In this document: one piece after another, positions 15,478-24,299 of the stretch
How the letters are laid out: each line of letters starts with the position of its first letter
Position numbering within the stretch: position 1 is the stretch's first letter
Assembly (NCBI RefSeq): GCF_001457595.1
Contig: NZ_LN831039.1
Coordinates: 6,840,001-6,872,000, forward strand
Source of the DNA: Mycolicibacterium smegmatis
GTDB taxonomy: Bacteria > Actinomycetota > Actinomycetes > Mycobacteriales > Mycobacteriaceae
Length of the DNA stretch: 32,000 bases
Direction: 5' to 3'
Notes under the pieces: generated by a model
Database searches by the model: none
What the model was told of the DNA's origin: nothing
Seen by the model: the letters and a program-made list of their open reading frames with translations, nothing else
Translations under genes and position numbers: made by a program

Positions 15478-16520
15478 CTAGGTCGGTGTCGAAGCACCTG
15501 TCAACGAAGGGTCGTCCACCGCACGTAACGGCCGGTTGGCGGTCTCGCGCATCGTCAACACGGTCGCAAGGGACACGATTGCCGCAGCGATCACGTAGAA
15601 CGCAGCGGCAATGGGGTTGCCGGTCCGGTCGGCCAACCACGTCGCCACGTACGGCGCAGTGCCTCCGAACACCGCCACCGACACGCCCCCGTCTCGCTGA
15701 AGCCGAGGGTTGCCGTGAAGTACGTCGGCAGGTAGGTGAACACCACATAGAAGCCGACGTTGTGGATCACGACCAGACCGGCGATCTGCAGGATGGGCCG
15801 CCACGCCGTGCGCAGCGCCTCCTTCATCGGGGACTCGGCGACATCACCGGACTCCTGCAGCGCCTCGAACTCCGGGGTGTCGCGCAACCGCAGCCGGATG
15901 TAGAGGCCGACGCCCCCGAGAACCCCCGCGATGAAGAACGGCAGCCGCCACCCGTAGGCGTTCATCGCCTCGTCGGACAGCACGGCCCGCAACGCAGTGA
16001 CCGTCACCGAACCCAGCAGGAAACCGACCACCACCGACCACACCAGGAACGCGACCACCAGACCGCGGTGGCGCGTCGGGGCGTACTCCGCGAGAAAGCA
16101 CGCGCCGCTGCCGTATTCGCCGCCTGCCGAGAACCCCTGCACACACCGCAGCAGTACCAGCAGGATCGGTGCCGCGACACCGATCTTCTCGTAGCTGGGA
16201 ACCAACCCGATGCCAAGAGTGGCCAGCGCCATGAGGACAACCACGATCGCCAGCACCCGCTTGCGGCCGATCCGGTCACCGAGGGGCCCGAAGAAGAACC
16301 CACCCAGCGGTCGCATGAAGAACGCCACCGCGAACACGGCGAACGTGCTGAGCAACGCGGCGGTGCCGTTCGACTTCGGGAAGAACTCACGGGCGATGTA
16401 GGTGGCGAGAAAGCCGTAGATCGCGAAGTCGTACCACTCGACGGTGTTGCCTATGCCGGCTCCGAGCAATGCCTGACGTAGCGAGCCCGACTTGTGTTCG
16501 GCCACAGGTGCTGACGACAT
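15478..16520 (-). pseudogene. MHS-type MFS transporter, internally deleted and frameshifted
   Basis: The 16520->15591 frame encodes MHS-family N-terminal sequence ([26 protein letters not shown]...[11 protein letters not shown]) and then turns into nonsense. The characteristic C-terminus [54 protein letters not shown] resumes in another frame (15478..15804) with roughly 100 residues missing around 15690-15700. Confidence 0.72.
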
Positions 16521-16571
16521 GATTGGTTGTTACCCCCGACGTTCCCCTCCGACGCGTCGGTAACCATCAAC

Positions 16572-17525
16572 TCAGCGTGCGGCACCCACCGCCAGCCGAG
16601 GGAGCAGCTTCAGCGCGTTGTCACGGTTGACCGCCACGCCGTCGACGTCTTGGTGATCGGCGAGGTAGGCGTCGAGGTTCTTCGCGAAGCGCGTCGCGAT
16701 CTCGGCAGTCGCGTACGGGAAGTCGCTGCCGAAGAGGATGTGGTCGGGACGGGCGAAGGCCAGCAGCGACGGCAGTGCGGATTCCGATGCCGACAGCGCG
16801 GTGTCGAAGTAGAACTTCCGCAGTCCGTCGAGGATCGACTCCACGCTGACGTCAGGATGCTCGATCGGGACGCAGGTCGCGATGCGCTCGGCGATGAAGG
16901 GGACGAATCCTCCTGCGTGCGACAGGATCACACGGAGGTTGGGATACCGGTCCAGTGTGCCGTTGAGAACCATGTTGATCGCCGCGCGTGTGGTGTCGAG
17001 CAGGAAGTCAGCGAAGTACGCATTGATGCCGGGAATCGAACCACCGGGCAGGTGCGAGGGGTGCACGAAGATGGTGGCACCGCGGCGGTCCAGTTCCTCC
17101 ATCAACGGGTCGAACCGGCGGTCCCCGAGATACGTCCGCTCCGAGTTCGCCAACAGGACGACGCCATCGGCGTGCAGTTCGTCGAGGGCGTAGGCGGCTT
17201 CACCGATCGCGCTGTCGACGTCCGGCAGGGTCAGGGTGGCCCAGAATCCGAACCGGTCCGGGGCGGACCGCACGACATCGGCGCAGAACTCGTTGAGGTC
17301 GCGTGCCACGGCGGGACGCTGTGCCCGCTCAGCGGGCTCCACACCCGGGGTCGTGATGGACAGGATCGCGGTCTCGACGCCGATCGAATCCATGAGGCCC
17401 AGGGCGCTGTCGACGCTCCAGTCGGGTGTGGCCCGGCCACCTGCATTGGTTGTCTGTGCGGCGAGCAGTTCGCGGTACTGCGGCGGCACCACGTGGTGGT
17501 GGACGTCGATGCGTGCCTGGTTCAT
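16572..17525 (-). CDS. Amidohydrolase family protein (metal-dependent, Amidohydro_2)
   Basis: MNQARIDVHHHVVPPQYRELL (HxH motif), ATLTLPD, IFVHPSH, VILSHAGGFVPF, LFGSDFPY. ATG at 17523-17525. Confidence 0.87.
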   Translation of the reverse strand: MNQARIDVHHHVVPPQYRELLAAQTTNAGGRATPDWSVDSALGLMDSIGVETAILSITTPGVEPAERAQRPAVARDLNEFCADVVRSAPDRFGFWATLTLPDVDSAIGEAAYALDELHADGVVLLANSERTYLGDRRFDPLMEELDRRGATIFVHPSHLPGGSIPGINAYFADFLLDTTRAAINMVLNGTLDRYPNLRVILSHAGGFVPFIAERIATCVPIEHPDVSVESILDGLRKFYFDTALSASESALPSLLAFARPDHILFGSDFPYATAEIATRFAKNLDAYLADHQDVDGVAVNRDNALKLLPRLAVGAAR

Positions 17526-17536
17526 GTCGCATCCTT

Positions 17537-17554
17537 TCATTAACTAGTTAATGA
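17537..17554. promoter_or_regulatory. 18-bp perfect palindrome, likely MarR operator
   Basis: TCATTAACTAGTTAATGA is a perfect palindrome, with an additional AGTTAAC at 17561-17567. It lies between the divergent amidohydrolase and marR genes. Confidence 0.75.
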
Positions 17555-17593
17555 TTGCGTAGTTAACGGTAGCGCGCCGTATGCTTCCTGTCC

Positions 17594-18064
17594 ATGACGG
17601 GACGCGAGACGAGGCCCGGTGCTGCCGGCGTGGAGGAGTTGGCCGAGGCGGCTGACCGGCTGTTTCTCTCCATGCGACGGGCGCGCGGCAACCCGACGGC
17701 CACCGGCGGACTGTCACTGGCGCAGCTGTCGCTCCTGGACCCGCTGCTGGCGACGGAGTCTTTGCCGGTCAGCGAGCTCGCGTCCGCGGCGGGTGTCAGC
17801 GCGCCCAATGCCACGCGCATGATTCAGCAACTCGAGACCAAGGGCTTCGTGCTCCGCGAGCGCTCGGCGGCCGACGAACGCAAGGTCCTCGTGCGGTTGA
17901 CCGATACCGGGGCACAACTGCTCACGCGCCTGCGCGCCAACCGAAGGGCCACGCAGTCCAAGGCGCTTGCGGCCTTCACCGAAGAGGAGCGCATCCACCT
18001 GGCGCGGCAGCTCCAGCGGCTCGCCGACATCATCGACGCAGGTGTCGACCCCACAGGCAACTGA
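17594..18064 (+). CDS. MarR family transcriptional regulator
   Basis: 156 aa. LSLAQLSLLDPLLATESLPVSELASAAGVSAPNATRMIQQLETKGFVLRERSAADERKVLVRLTDTG is a winged HTH of MarR type. Confidence 0.92.
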   Translation: MTGRETRPGAAGVEELAEAADRLFLSMRRARGNPTATGGLSLAQLSLLDPLLATESLPVSELASAAGVSAPNATRMIQQLETKGFVLRERSAADERKVLVRLTDTGAQLLTRLRANRRATQSKALAAFTEEERIHLARQLQRLADIIDAGVDPTGN

Positions 18065-18117
18065 GGCATCGGCGAGCCACACGAGTTAACAGCTGTCTCG
18101 TTGTTAACATCCGTGCC

Positions 18118-18903
18118 GTGAAGCACTCGGCGGAGAGATCGCGCGGCATTTCTCGGCGCGACGCCCTGCGCTACACGGCCGCCGCCTCGGTGCTGGCCGG
18201 TCTGGGTGCGGGCGTGTCAGCGGCCCCCGCATCGGCCGCCGCGCCCCAGCTGATCGACTTCGCCGCGGCCCAGATTCCGGCCGAGCACATCAAGGCCGCG
18301 GGCTACGCCGGTGTCATCAACTACGTGTCGACCTCGCGGCCCGGGTCGTCCTTCGGCGCCAAACCGATCACGCGTCCCTACGCCGAGTCGCTGACCCGGG
18401 CCGGCCTGGTGATAGTCAGCAACTACCAGTACGGCAAACCGGGCGGAACCGCGCCGTCTGATTTCAGACGCGGCGCCGCGGGTGGCGTCGCCGACGCCAA
18501 GACCGCATGGCAACTGCACACCGCCGCAGGCGGCGCCAGGAACGCACCCATCTACTTCTCCGTCGACGAAGACATCGACCGGCAGACCTGGAACAACCTT
18601 GCGCTGCCATGGTTCCGGGGCATCAACTCCGTGATCGGGGTTCAGCGCACCGGCGTGTACGGCGGCGTCAACGTGTGCCAGTGGGCCATCGAAGACGGGG
18701 TCATCGGGCGGTCCGGCACGCCCGGCAAGGCCTGGGCCTGGCAGACCCGCTCGTGGTCGAAGGGCAAGATCCACCCCGCGGCGGTGCTCTATCAACACAC
18801 CATCGACACCGCGTCGAACCCCGGACCGTTGGTCGGCGGCATCCGCGTGGATGTCAACGACGCCTTGGCCCAGGACATCGGCCAGTGGAATTTCCACCCC
18901 TGA
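18118..18903 (+). CDS. Tat-exported DUF1906 (glycoside hydrolase-like, Rv2525c-type) protein
   Basis: 261 aa from GTG. Twin-arginine signal RGISRRDALRYTAAASVLAGLGAGVSAAPASAAA, then QLIDFAAAQIPAEHIKAAGYAGVINYVSTSRPG..., NYQYGKPGG and IYFSVDEDI, typical of DUF1906. Confidence 0.85.
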   Translation: MKHSAERSRGISRRDALRYTAAASVLAGLGAGVSAAPASAAAPQLIDFAAAQIPAEHIKAAGYAGVINYVSTSRPGSSFGAKPITRPYAESLTRAGLVIVSNYQYGKPGGTAPSDFRRGAAGGVADAKTAWQLHTAAGGARNAPIYFSVDEDIDRQTWNNLALPWFRGINSVIGVQRTGVYGGVNVCQWAIEDGVIGRSGTPGKAWAWQTRSWSKGKIHPAAVLYQHTIDTASNPGPLVGGIRVDVNDALAQDIGQWNFHP

Positions 18904-18995
18904 GGTCACATCACTTTAATCTCGACGCAATTGCGTTGCCATACCGGTGATCTCTACTGAAGGCGCCAGCAGCCCCCTTCAGAGGACACCCGCCC

Positions 18996-21158
18996 ATGCA
19001 AACACTCAAGATCGTGCGCGGCGCCTGCCCCCACGACTGCCCCGACACCTGTGCGATGCTCTACCACGTCGAGGACGGCAAACTTGTTGACGTCCAAGGT
19101 GATCCGAATCATCCCATGACGCGCGGCGGATTGTGCGTCAAGGTCAAGAACTTCCACGAACACCACTACCAGCCCGACCGCCTGCTCTACCCCATGCGCC
19201 GGGTCGGCGCGAAAGGGTCCGGCGAGTTCGAGCGCATCACGTGGGACGAGGCGCTCGCCGAGATCAAGACCCGGTGGACCGAGATCATCGACACCCATGG
19301 CGCCCAGGCGATCATGCCGCACGCCTACCTGGGCCACCAGGGCGTCCTGAACGGACTGACCTCGGGCGACGCCTTTTTCAACCGACTGGGCGCCACCGTC
19401 GCAGAAAAGACCTACTGCGAGTCGGGTTCGTCGACCGCCTGGCACATGACCGTCGGCGGCACGGGCGGCCTGGATGTCGAGTCGATGGCGTATTCGAAGT
19501 ACATCATCGTCTGGGGCATGAACATGACCAGCACGAATCTGCACGGCTGGCCGTTCCTGCTGGAGGCCCGCAAGAACAACGGTGCGAAGATCGTCGTCAT
19601 CGACCCGGTGCGCAACCGCACCGCCCGACAGGCGGATTGGCACATCCCGATCCGGCCCGGCACCGACGGCGCACTGGCGTTGGGCATGATCCACGAGATC
19701 ATCGCGCAGGGTCTCGTCGACACCGACTACGTCGAGCGCTACACCGTCGGCTACGACGAACTCGCGGCCCGCGCCGCGAACTACCCACCCGAACGCGTCG
19801 AGGAGATCACCGGCATCCCCGCCGACGACGTCCGCAAGCTCGCGTACGAGTACGCCACCACGCAGCCCGCGGCCATCCGGCAGGGCGTCGCGCTGGAACG
19901 CAACCGCGGTGGTGGACAGGCGATCCGGGCCATCACGTGCCTGCCCGCGCTCGTCGGCGCGTGGCGGCACGTCGGCGGCGGCACCATGGAGATGCCGATC
20001 TGGGAGTTCCCCACCAAGTTCGGCGAGATCTGCCGCCCGGACTGGATCCCCGAGGGCACCCGCGTGGTCAACGAACTCGACCTCGGTATGGCGCTGACCG
20101 GTGAGCTGGACCTGGACCCGCCGATCAAGTCGCTGTTCGTCTACAACTCCAACCCGGTGTCACAGGGCCCGGCGCAGGAGAAGACCATGCGCGGCCTGAT
20201 GCGTGACGACCTGTTCACCGTCGTCAGTGAGCATTTCATCACCGACACCGCGAAATTCGCCGATCTGCTGCTGCCCGCGACCATGCAGGCCGAGCAACTC
20301 GACATCATGGTGACCTGGGGTCATCTGTACATCTCGCTGAACCAGCCGGCGATCGAACCACCCGGCGAGTGCGTGCCCAACGTGGAACTGTTCCGGCGAC
20401 TGGCCAGAACCATGGAGTTCGACGAGGAGTCGATGGCGTACTGGAACCGCACCGACCGCGAGATGCTGATCGACTTCCACGATTGGGACGCCCCCGCGTT
20501 GGCGGGTATCACCTACGAGAAGCTCGAAGAGGTGGGCTGGATGCGCCTGGCCGTCGGCGCCCCCGACAAGCGCGCACCGCACGCCGAGGGCAACTTCCCC
20601 ACCCCGTCGGGCAAGTGCGAGTTCAAGTCGAGCCTGGCCGAGGGCGGCAACTTCGTGGTCCCGGTGTGGCGGTCGATGTACGAGGGCATGCAGCCCGGCG
20701 GGTACGTCGACCCGGTACCCGACTATGTGCCGCCGTTCGAGTCGCCACAGTCCAATCCCGAACTGGCCCAGCGGTACCCGTTGTCCATCATCTCGCCCAA
20801 ACCGCACGCGTTCCTCAACAGCCAGTACGGCAACGCCGCGGACAAACAGAAGGTGCAGGGCCGCCAGCAGGTCTTCATCCATCCCACCGACGCGGCCGAG
20901 CGCGGTATCGCCGAGGGCGACATGGTGCGCGTGTTCAACGACCGCGGCTCGTTCCAGGGGCCCGCGGCTTACGAGACCGGGCTGATCCCGGGTCTGGTGA
21001 TGGCCAATGTCGGGCACTGGCAGGGCAAGACGTCCGGCACGACCGTCAACGCCATCACCGCCGACCGCCACTGCGGTCTGGGCAACGCCGGTGTCTACGG
21101 TGACAATCTCGTGGAGGTCGAAAAACTCGACGAGCACGCGGTGGCACAGTCGGCGTGA
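18996..21158 (+). CDS. Molybdopterin oxidoreductase family protein (DMSO reductase/formate dehydrogenase-like)
   Basis: 720 aa. N-terminal ACPHDCPDTC...GGLCVK 4Fe-4S motif, EKTYCESGSSTAWHMT Mo-ligand region, YIIVWGMNMTSTNLHGW, and C-terminal molydopterin dinucleotide-binding domain PLSIISPKPHAFLNSQYGN. Confidence 0.92.
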   Translation: MQTLKIVRGACPHDCPDTCAMLYHVEDGKLVDVQGDPNHPMTRGGLCVKVKNFHEHHYQPDRLLYPMRRVGAKGSGEFERITWDEALAEIKTRWTEIIDTHGAQAIMPHAYLGHQGVLNGLTSGDAFFNRLGATVAEKTYCESGSSTAWHMTVGGTGGLDVESMAYSKYIIVWGMNMTSTNLHGWPFLLEARKNNGAKIVVIDPVRNRTARQADWHIPIRPGTDGALALGMIHEIIAQGLVDTDYVERYTVGYDELAARAANYPPERVEEITGIPADDVRKLAYEYATTQPAAIRQGVALERNRGGGQAIRAITCLPALVGAWRHVGGGTMEMPIWEFPTKFGEICRPDWIPEGTRVVNELDLGMALTGELDLDPPIKSLFVYNSNPVSQGPAQEKTMRGLMRDDLFTVVSEHFITDTAKFADLLLPATMQAEQLDIMVTWGHLYISLNQPAIEPPGECVPNVELFRRLARTMEFDEESMAYWNRTDREMLIDFHDWDAPALAGITYEKLEEVGWMRLAVGAPDKRAPHAEGNFPTPSGKCEFKSSLAEGGNFVVPVWRSMYEGMQPGGYVDPVPDYVPPFESPQSNPELAQRYPLSIISPKPHAFLNSQYGNAADKQKVQGRQQVFIHPTDAAERGIAEGDMVRVFNDRGSFQGPAAYETGLIPGLVMANVGHWQGKTSGTTVNAITADRHCGLGNAGVYGDNLVEVEKLDEHAVAQSA

Positions 21159-21161
21159 GCA

Positions 21162-22052
21162 TCAACGCGTGATGACCCGCGGACCGTCGAGGGCGGCGAG
21201 CTTGTCGGGATTGGCAATGGCGTACAGGCTGGTGATCCTGCCGTCGTGGATCTCCAGCGTGACCAGCCCCAGCAGCTGATCCTCGTCGGTCCGCAGAGCC
21301 ACGGCCGGCGCGCCGTTGGCGGTGACGATCTCGAACCGCAGGTCGCGGCGCATGCCTCTGACGATCGCGCCTGCGACCCTCTCGGCGCCCACCAGCGGAC
21401 GGCGGGCGGCACCCGGGAGTCCGCCGCCGTCGGTGATCGTGACGACGTCGGGCGCTAGCAGCGCGACGAGGCCGGCCATGTCGCCGGTCGAGGCCGCGGT
21501 GAGGAACTGCTGCGTGATCTCTGCGGCCTGGTCGGAATCGACGGGGTCGAACCGCTTGCGCCGCGCGTGCACGTGTTCGCGCGCGCGGTGCGCGATCTGG
21601 CGCACCGCGGCCGTCGACTTGCCGACCGCCTCGGAGATCTCGGCGTAGTCGAATCCGAAGACGTCGTGCAACACGAACACGGCCCGCTCGTCGGGTGTGA
21701 GCGTTTCGAGCACCACGAGCATGGCCATCGACACCGATTCGGCGAGCACCACATCCGCGGAGGCGTCCCGGTCGTCGAGCAGCAGCGGTTCGGGCAACCA
21801 GGGGCCGACGTAGCTCTCGCGCCGCCGTGCGCTGGTGCGCTGCGCTTTGAGGGCCTGCCGCGTCACCAGTTGCGCGAGATAGGACTTGGTGTCGCGGACC
21901 GCAGCCAGATCGACTTTCGCCCAGTTCAGATAGCTGTCCTGCAGCACGTCGTCGGCTTCGGTGACCGAGCCGAGGATCTCGTAGGCGATGGTGAACAGCA
22001 GCGGTCGCAACATCGTGAACCGCTCGGTGTGGTCATCCAATCGGGCCGTCAT
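21162..22052 (-). CDS. sigJ: RNA polymerase sigma factor, SigJ-type ECF with SnoaL-like C-terminal domain
   Basis: 296 aa. RFTMLRPLLFTIAYEILGSVTEADDVLQDSYLNW, LTPDERAVFVLHDVFGFDYAEISEAVGKSTAAVRQIAHRAREHVHARR, then a SnoaL-like domain. The window does not show whether it is the sigJ orthologue or a paralogue. Confidence 0.85.
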   Translation of the reverse strand: MTARLDDHTERFTMLRPLLFTIAYEILGSVTEADDVLQDSYLNWAKVDLAAVRDTKSYLAQLVTRQALKAQRTSARRRESYVGPWLPEPLLLDDRDASADVVLAESVSMAMLVVLETLTPDERAVFVLHDVFGFDYAEISEAVGKSTAAVRQIAHRAREHVHARRKRFDPVDSDQAAEITQQFLTAASTGDMAGLVALLAPDVVTITDGGGLPGAARRPLVGAERVAGAIVRGMRRDLRFEIVTANGAPAVALRTDEDQLLGLVTLEIHDGRITSLYAIANPDKLAALDGPRVITR

Positions 22053-23235
22053 GACCGGATCCCTTCGCGTCGACGAGAGCCGGTGACGTCACGGTATCGC
22101 CGTTCTTGAGCCACGACGTTGCTCCCGGTTTCCTGCCCTCGCGGCGCAGGCTCCACAGAATGCCCTTGAGGACAAGCTCTTTCACCGCTCCGGCGACGCG
22201 GCCGCGGAGGTGGACGTCGAGGGGCGTGTCATCCCTGCGGGTGAACTGCATGACGGCCGAGCGCCTGCCGAGCCCGAGGCAGGATCCGAGGTAACCCAGC
22301 GAGAACGCCTCGGGCGGGGTGCCCGCGATGCGGCTGAGGATGGTGTCGGCGGCGGTGGCGGCCATGGGTCCTGCCGTGTAGCAGGCCATGCGCAGGGCTT
22401 TTCCGGACGGTGCCGCCGCGTCGCCCGCGGCCAGCACGCGATCGTCGTCGATGCTCGTGAGCGTCGCGTCGGTGATCAACCGGCCGAGCGTGTCGGTGCG
22501 CAGGCCGCTGCGCGAGGCCAGGTCGGGGACACCGAAACCGCCGGCCCAGATGGTCAGGTCGCTGCGCCACACCGTGCCGTCGTCGAGCACCACGGCGTCG
22601 GGTCGCACTTCGGTGACCATGGCGTCCTCCAGCAGTCCCACCCCATTCTTGGCCATCCACCGGGACACGGCCCGTCGGGCCGGACCCCCGAGCGTCGGCG
22701 CCAATTGCGCGCCCGCGACCAGGCTCACGGTACGTCCCCCGGTGGCGAGTTCGGCAGCCACCTCGATGCCGGTGAACCCGGCGCCGACGACGGTGATCCA
22801 CGCATCGGGTGCGAGGGCGTTCACCGTGGCGCGCAACCGCTGGGCGGCCTCGTACTCGGCCACCGTGTGCGCGAATTCTGCGGCGCCTTCGACGGATTCC
22901 GGCACCAGGGCCGTGCTGCCGACGGCGTAGACGACATAGTCGTAGCCCATCGAGTCACCGGACGCCAGGTCGATCCTGCGGTTTGCGGTGTCGATGCGAT
23001 CGACCCGGTCGGCGAGCAGCCGCACACCGCTGCCCAGCAACGTCCCATAGTCGACGACGGCCTCGCACGCACCTGCCGCCATCTGGTGCAGTCGCATGCG
23101 ATGCACGAACTGAGGACGTGGGTTGATGAGCGTGATGTCGATGTCCGGGTTCTGCTGCAGGCGGTTGGCGGCCAGGGTGCCGGCATAACCTCCGCCGATG
23201 ACGACGACGCGGTGGGTTTTGTTGTGAGCAGTCAT
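22033..23235 (-). CDS. NAD(P)/FAD-dependent oxidoreductase (NDH-2-like)
   Basis: VVVIGGGYAGTLAANRLQQ, VVYAVGST, ITVVGAGFTGIEVAAELATGG and VLAAGDAAAPSG dinucleotide motifs. ATG at 23233-23235; the ORF track overextends to 23409. Confidence 0.88.
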   Translation of the reverse strand: MTAHNKTHRVVVIGGGYAGTLAANRLQQNPDIDITLINPRPQFVHRMRLHQMAAGACEAVVDYGTLLGSGVRLLADRVDRIDTANRRIDLASGDSMGYDYVVYAVGSTALVPESVEGAAEFAHTVAEYEAAQRLRATVNALAPDAWITVVGAGFTGIEVAAELATGGRTVSLVAGAQLAPTLGGPARRAVSRWMAKNGVGLLEDAMVTEVRPDAVVLDDGTVWRSDLTIWAGGFGVPDLASRSGLRTDTLGRLITDATLTSIDDDRVLAAGDAAAPSGKALRMACYTAGPMAATAADTILSRIAGTPPEAFSLGYLGSCLGLGRRSAVMQFTRRDDTPLDVHLRGRVAGAVKELVLKGILWSLRREGRKPGATSWLKNGDTVTSPALVDAKGSGHDGPIG

Positions 23236-23270
23236 GCCCTCGAGAGCCCGCCGGCCCCTCCGGTGTGACA

Positions 23271-23315
23271 GATACCCGAGGACTGTGTCGTACATCACAG
23301 CCCGAAACGGGTATC
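23271..23315. promoter_or_regulatory. Nested dyads in a divergent promoter region, including a CRP-like site
   Basis: Outer arms GATACCCG (23271-23278) and CGGGTATC (23308-23315). Inner TGTGT-CGTACA-TCACA (23284-23299) matches TGTGA-N6-TCACA at 9 of 10 positions. Confidence 0.5.
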
Positions 23316-23323
23316 CCCTCGCC

Positions 23324-24274
23324 ATGACAAGCCCGGACACGGTCGTGATCTTCGCACCGTTACCCGTGCTCACGGTGACGGTCGAGGACCGCTCCGGCGA
23401 GGATGACATCCACGTACACGCGGGTGGTCAGGGGGTATGGCAGTCCCGCATGGTGGCGTCGCTGGGCGTGCCGACCGTTCTGTGCTCGGCGCTGGGCGGC
23501 GAGACCGGATCGGTGCTCGGGCATCTGCTGCCCACCACCGATGTCACGCTGCGCATGGTCCCGGTCAGCTCCCGCAACGGGGCCTACGTGCACGACCGTC
23601 GCAAGGGCGATCGCGAGGTGGTCGCGGAGAGCCCCGGCACCCCGCTGGACCGCCACGAACTCGACTCCCTGTACGAACTCACGTTGACCGAGGGCCTCAC
23701 CCACGGTCGCGTGTTGTTGTCCGGACCGCAGGACGACCGAGTGCTGCCCGCCGACCTGTACCGCCGGTTGTCCACCGACCTGGGCGCCAACGGGTGCAAG
23801 GTGGCCGCCGATCTCGCAGGCGAGCGGCTGGAAGCGGTGCTCGCCGGTCACCCGAGTCTCATCAAGGTGAGCCACGAAGAACTGCTCGACGACGGCCGGG
23901 CGAAGTCCGACGACGCCAAGGACCTCGTCGCCGCCATGCGGACGCTGCGTGAGGACGGCGGCGCGTGCACGATCGTCGTCTCACGGGCCGGGGCCGCGCC
24001 CGCTCTCGCGCTGTTCGACGACGACGAACTCGGCGAGGCCGCCGTCGTCGAGGTCGTGATGCCCAAGCTGGAGCCTGCCGACCCGGCCGGCGCGGGGGAC
24101 TCCATGACGGCAGGCATGGTCGCCGCACTGGCGCGTGGCCGTCCGTTGCGCAAGGCGCTCCAGATCGGGGCGGCGTGCGGCGCGCTCAACGTTGTGCGCC
24201 ACGGATTGGGTACGGGCGGTGCGCGAGCGGTCGAGACGCTCGCCGACCGCGTCGAGTTGCGGCCCTGGAAGTAA
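23324..24274 (+). CDS. PfkB family carbohydrate kinase
   Basis: 316 aa. Signature MPKLEPADPAGAGDSMTAGMVAALARG; ATG at 23324. Confidence 0.87.
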   Translation: MTSPDTVVIFAPLPVLTVTVEDRSGEDDIHVHAGGQGVWQSRMVASLGVPTVLCSALGGETGSVLGHLLPTTDVTLRMVPVSSRNGAYVHDRRKGDREVVAESPGTPLDRHELDSLYELTLTEGLTHGRVLLSGPQDDRVLPADLYRRLSTDLGANGCKVAADLAGERLEAVLAGHPSLIKVSHEELLDDGRAKSDDAKDLVAAMRTLREDGGACTIVVSRAGAAPALALFDDDELGEAAVVEVVMPKLEPADPAGAGDSMTAGMVAALARGRPLRKALQIGAACGALNVVRHGLGTGGARAVETLADRVELRPWK

Positions 24275-24299
24275 CGCTCGGAGTCGAGAGGAGAAGCAG

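Noticed and set aside
15486-16481. 331-aa plus-strand ORF opposite the MFS pseudogene
   Set aside because: Its translation is compositionally biased antisense of the transporter, with no domain-like features.
18954-21137. Two long minus-strand ORFs (338 and 325 aa) opposite the molybdopterin oxidoreductase
   Set aside because: The plus-strand frame has unmistakable 4Fe-4S and Mo-binding motifs. The antisense ORFs are codon-bias shadows.
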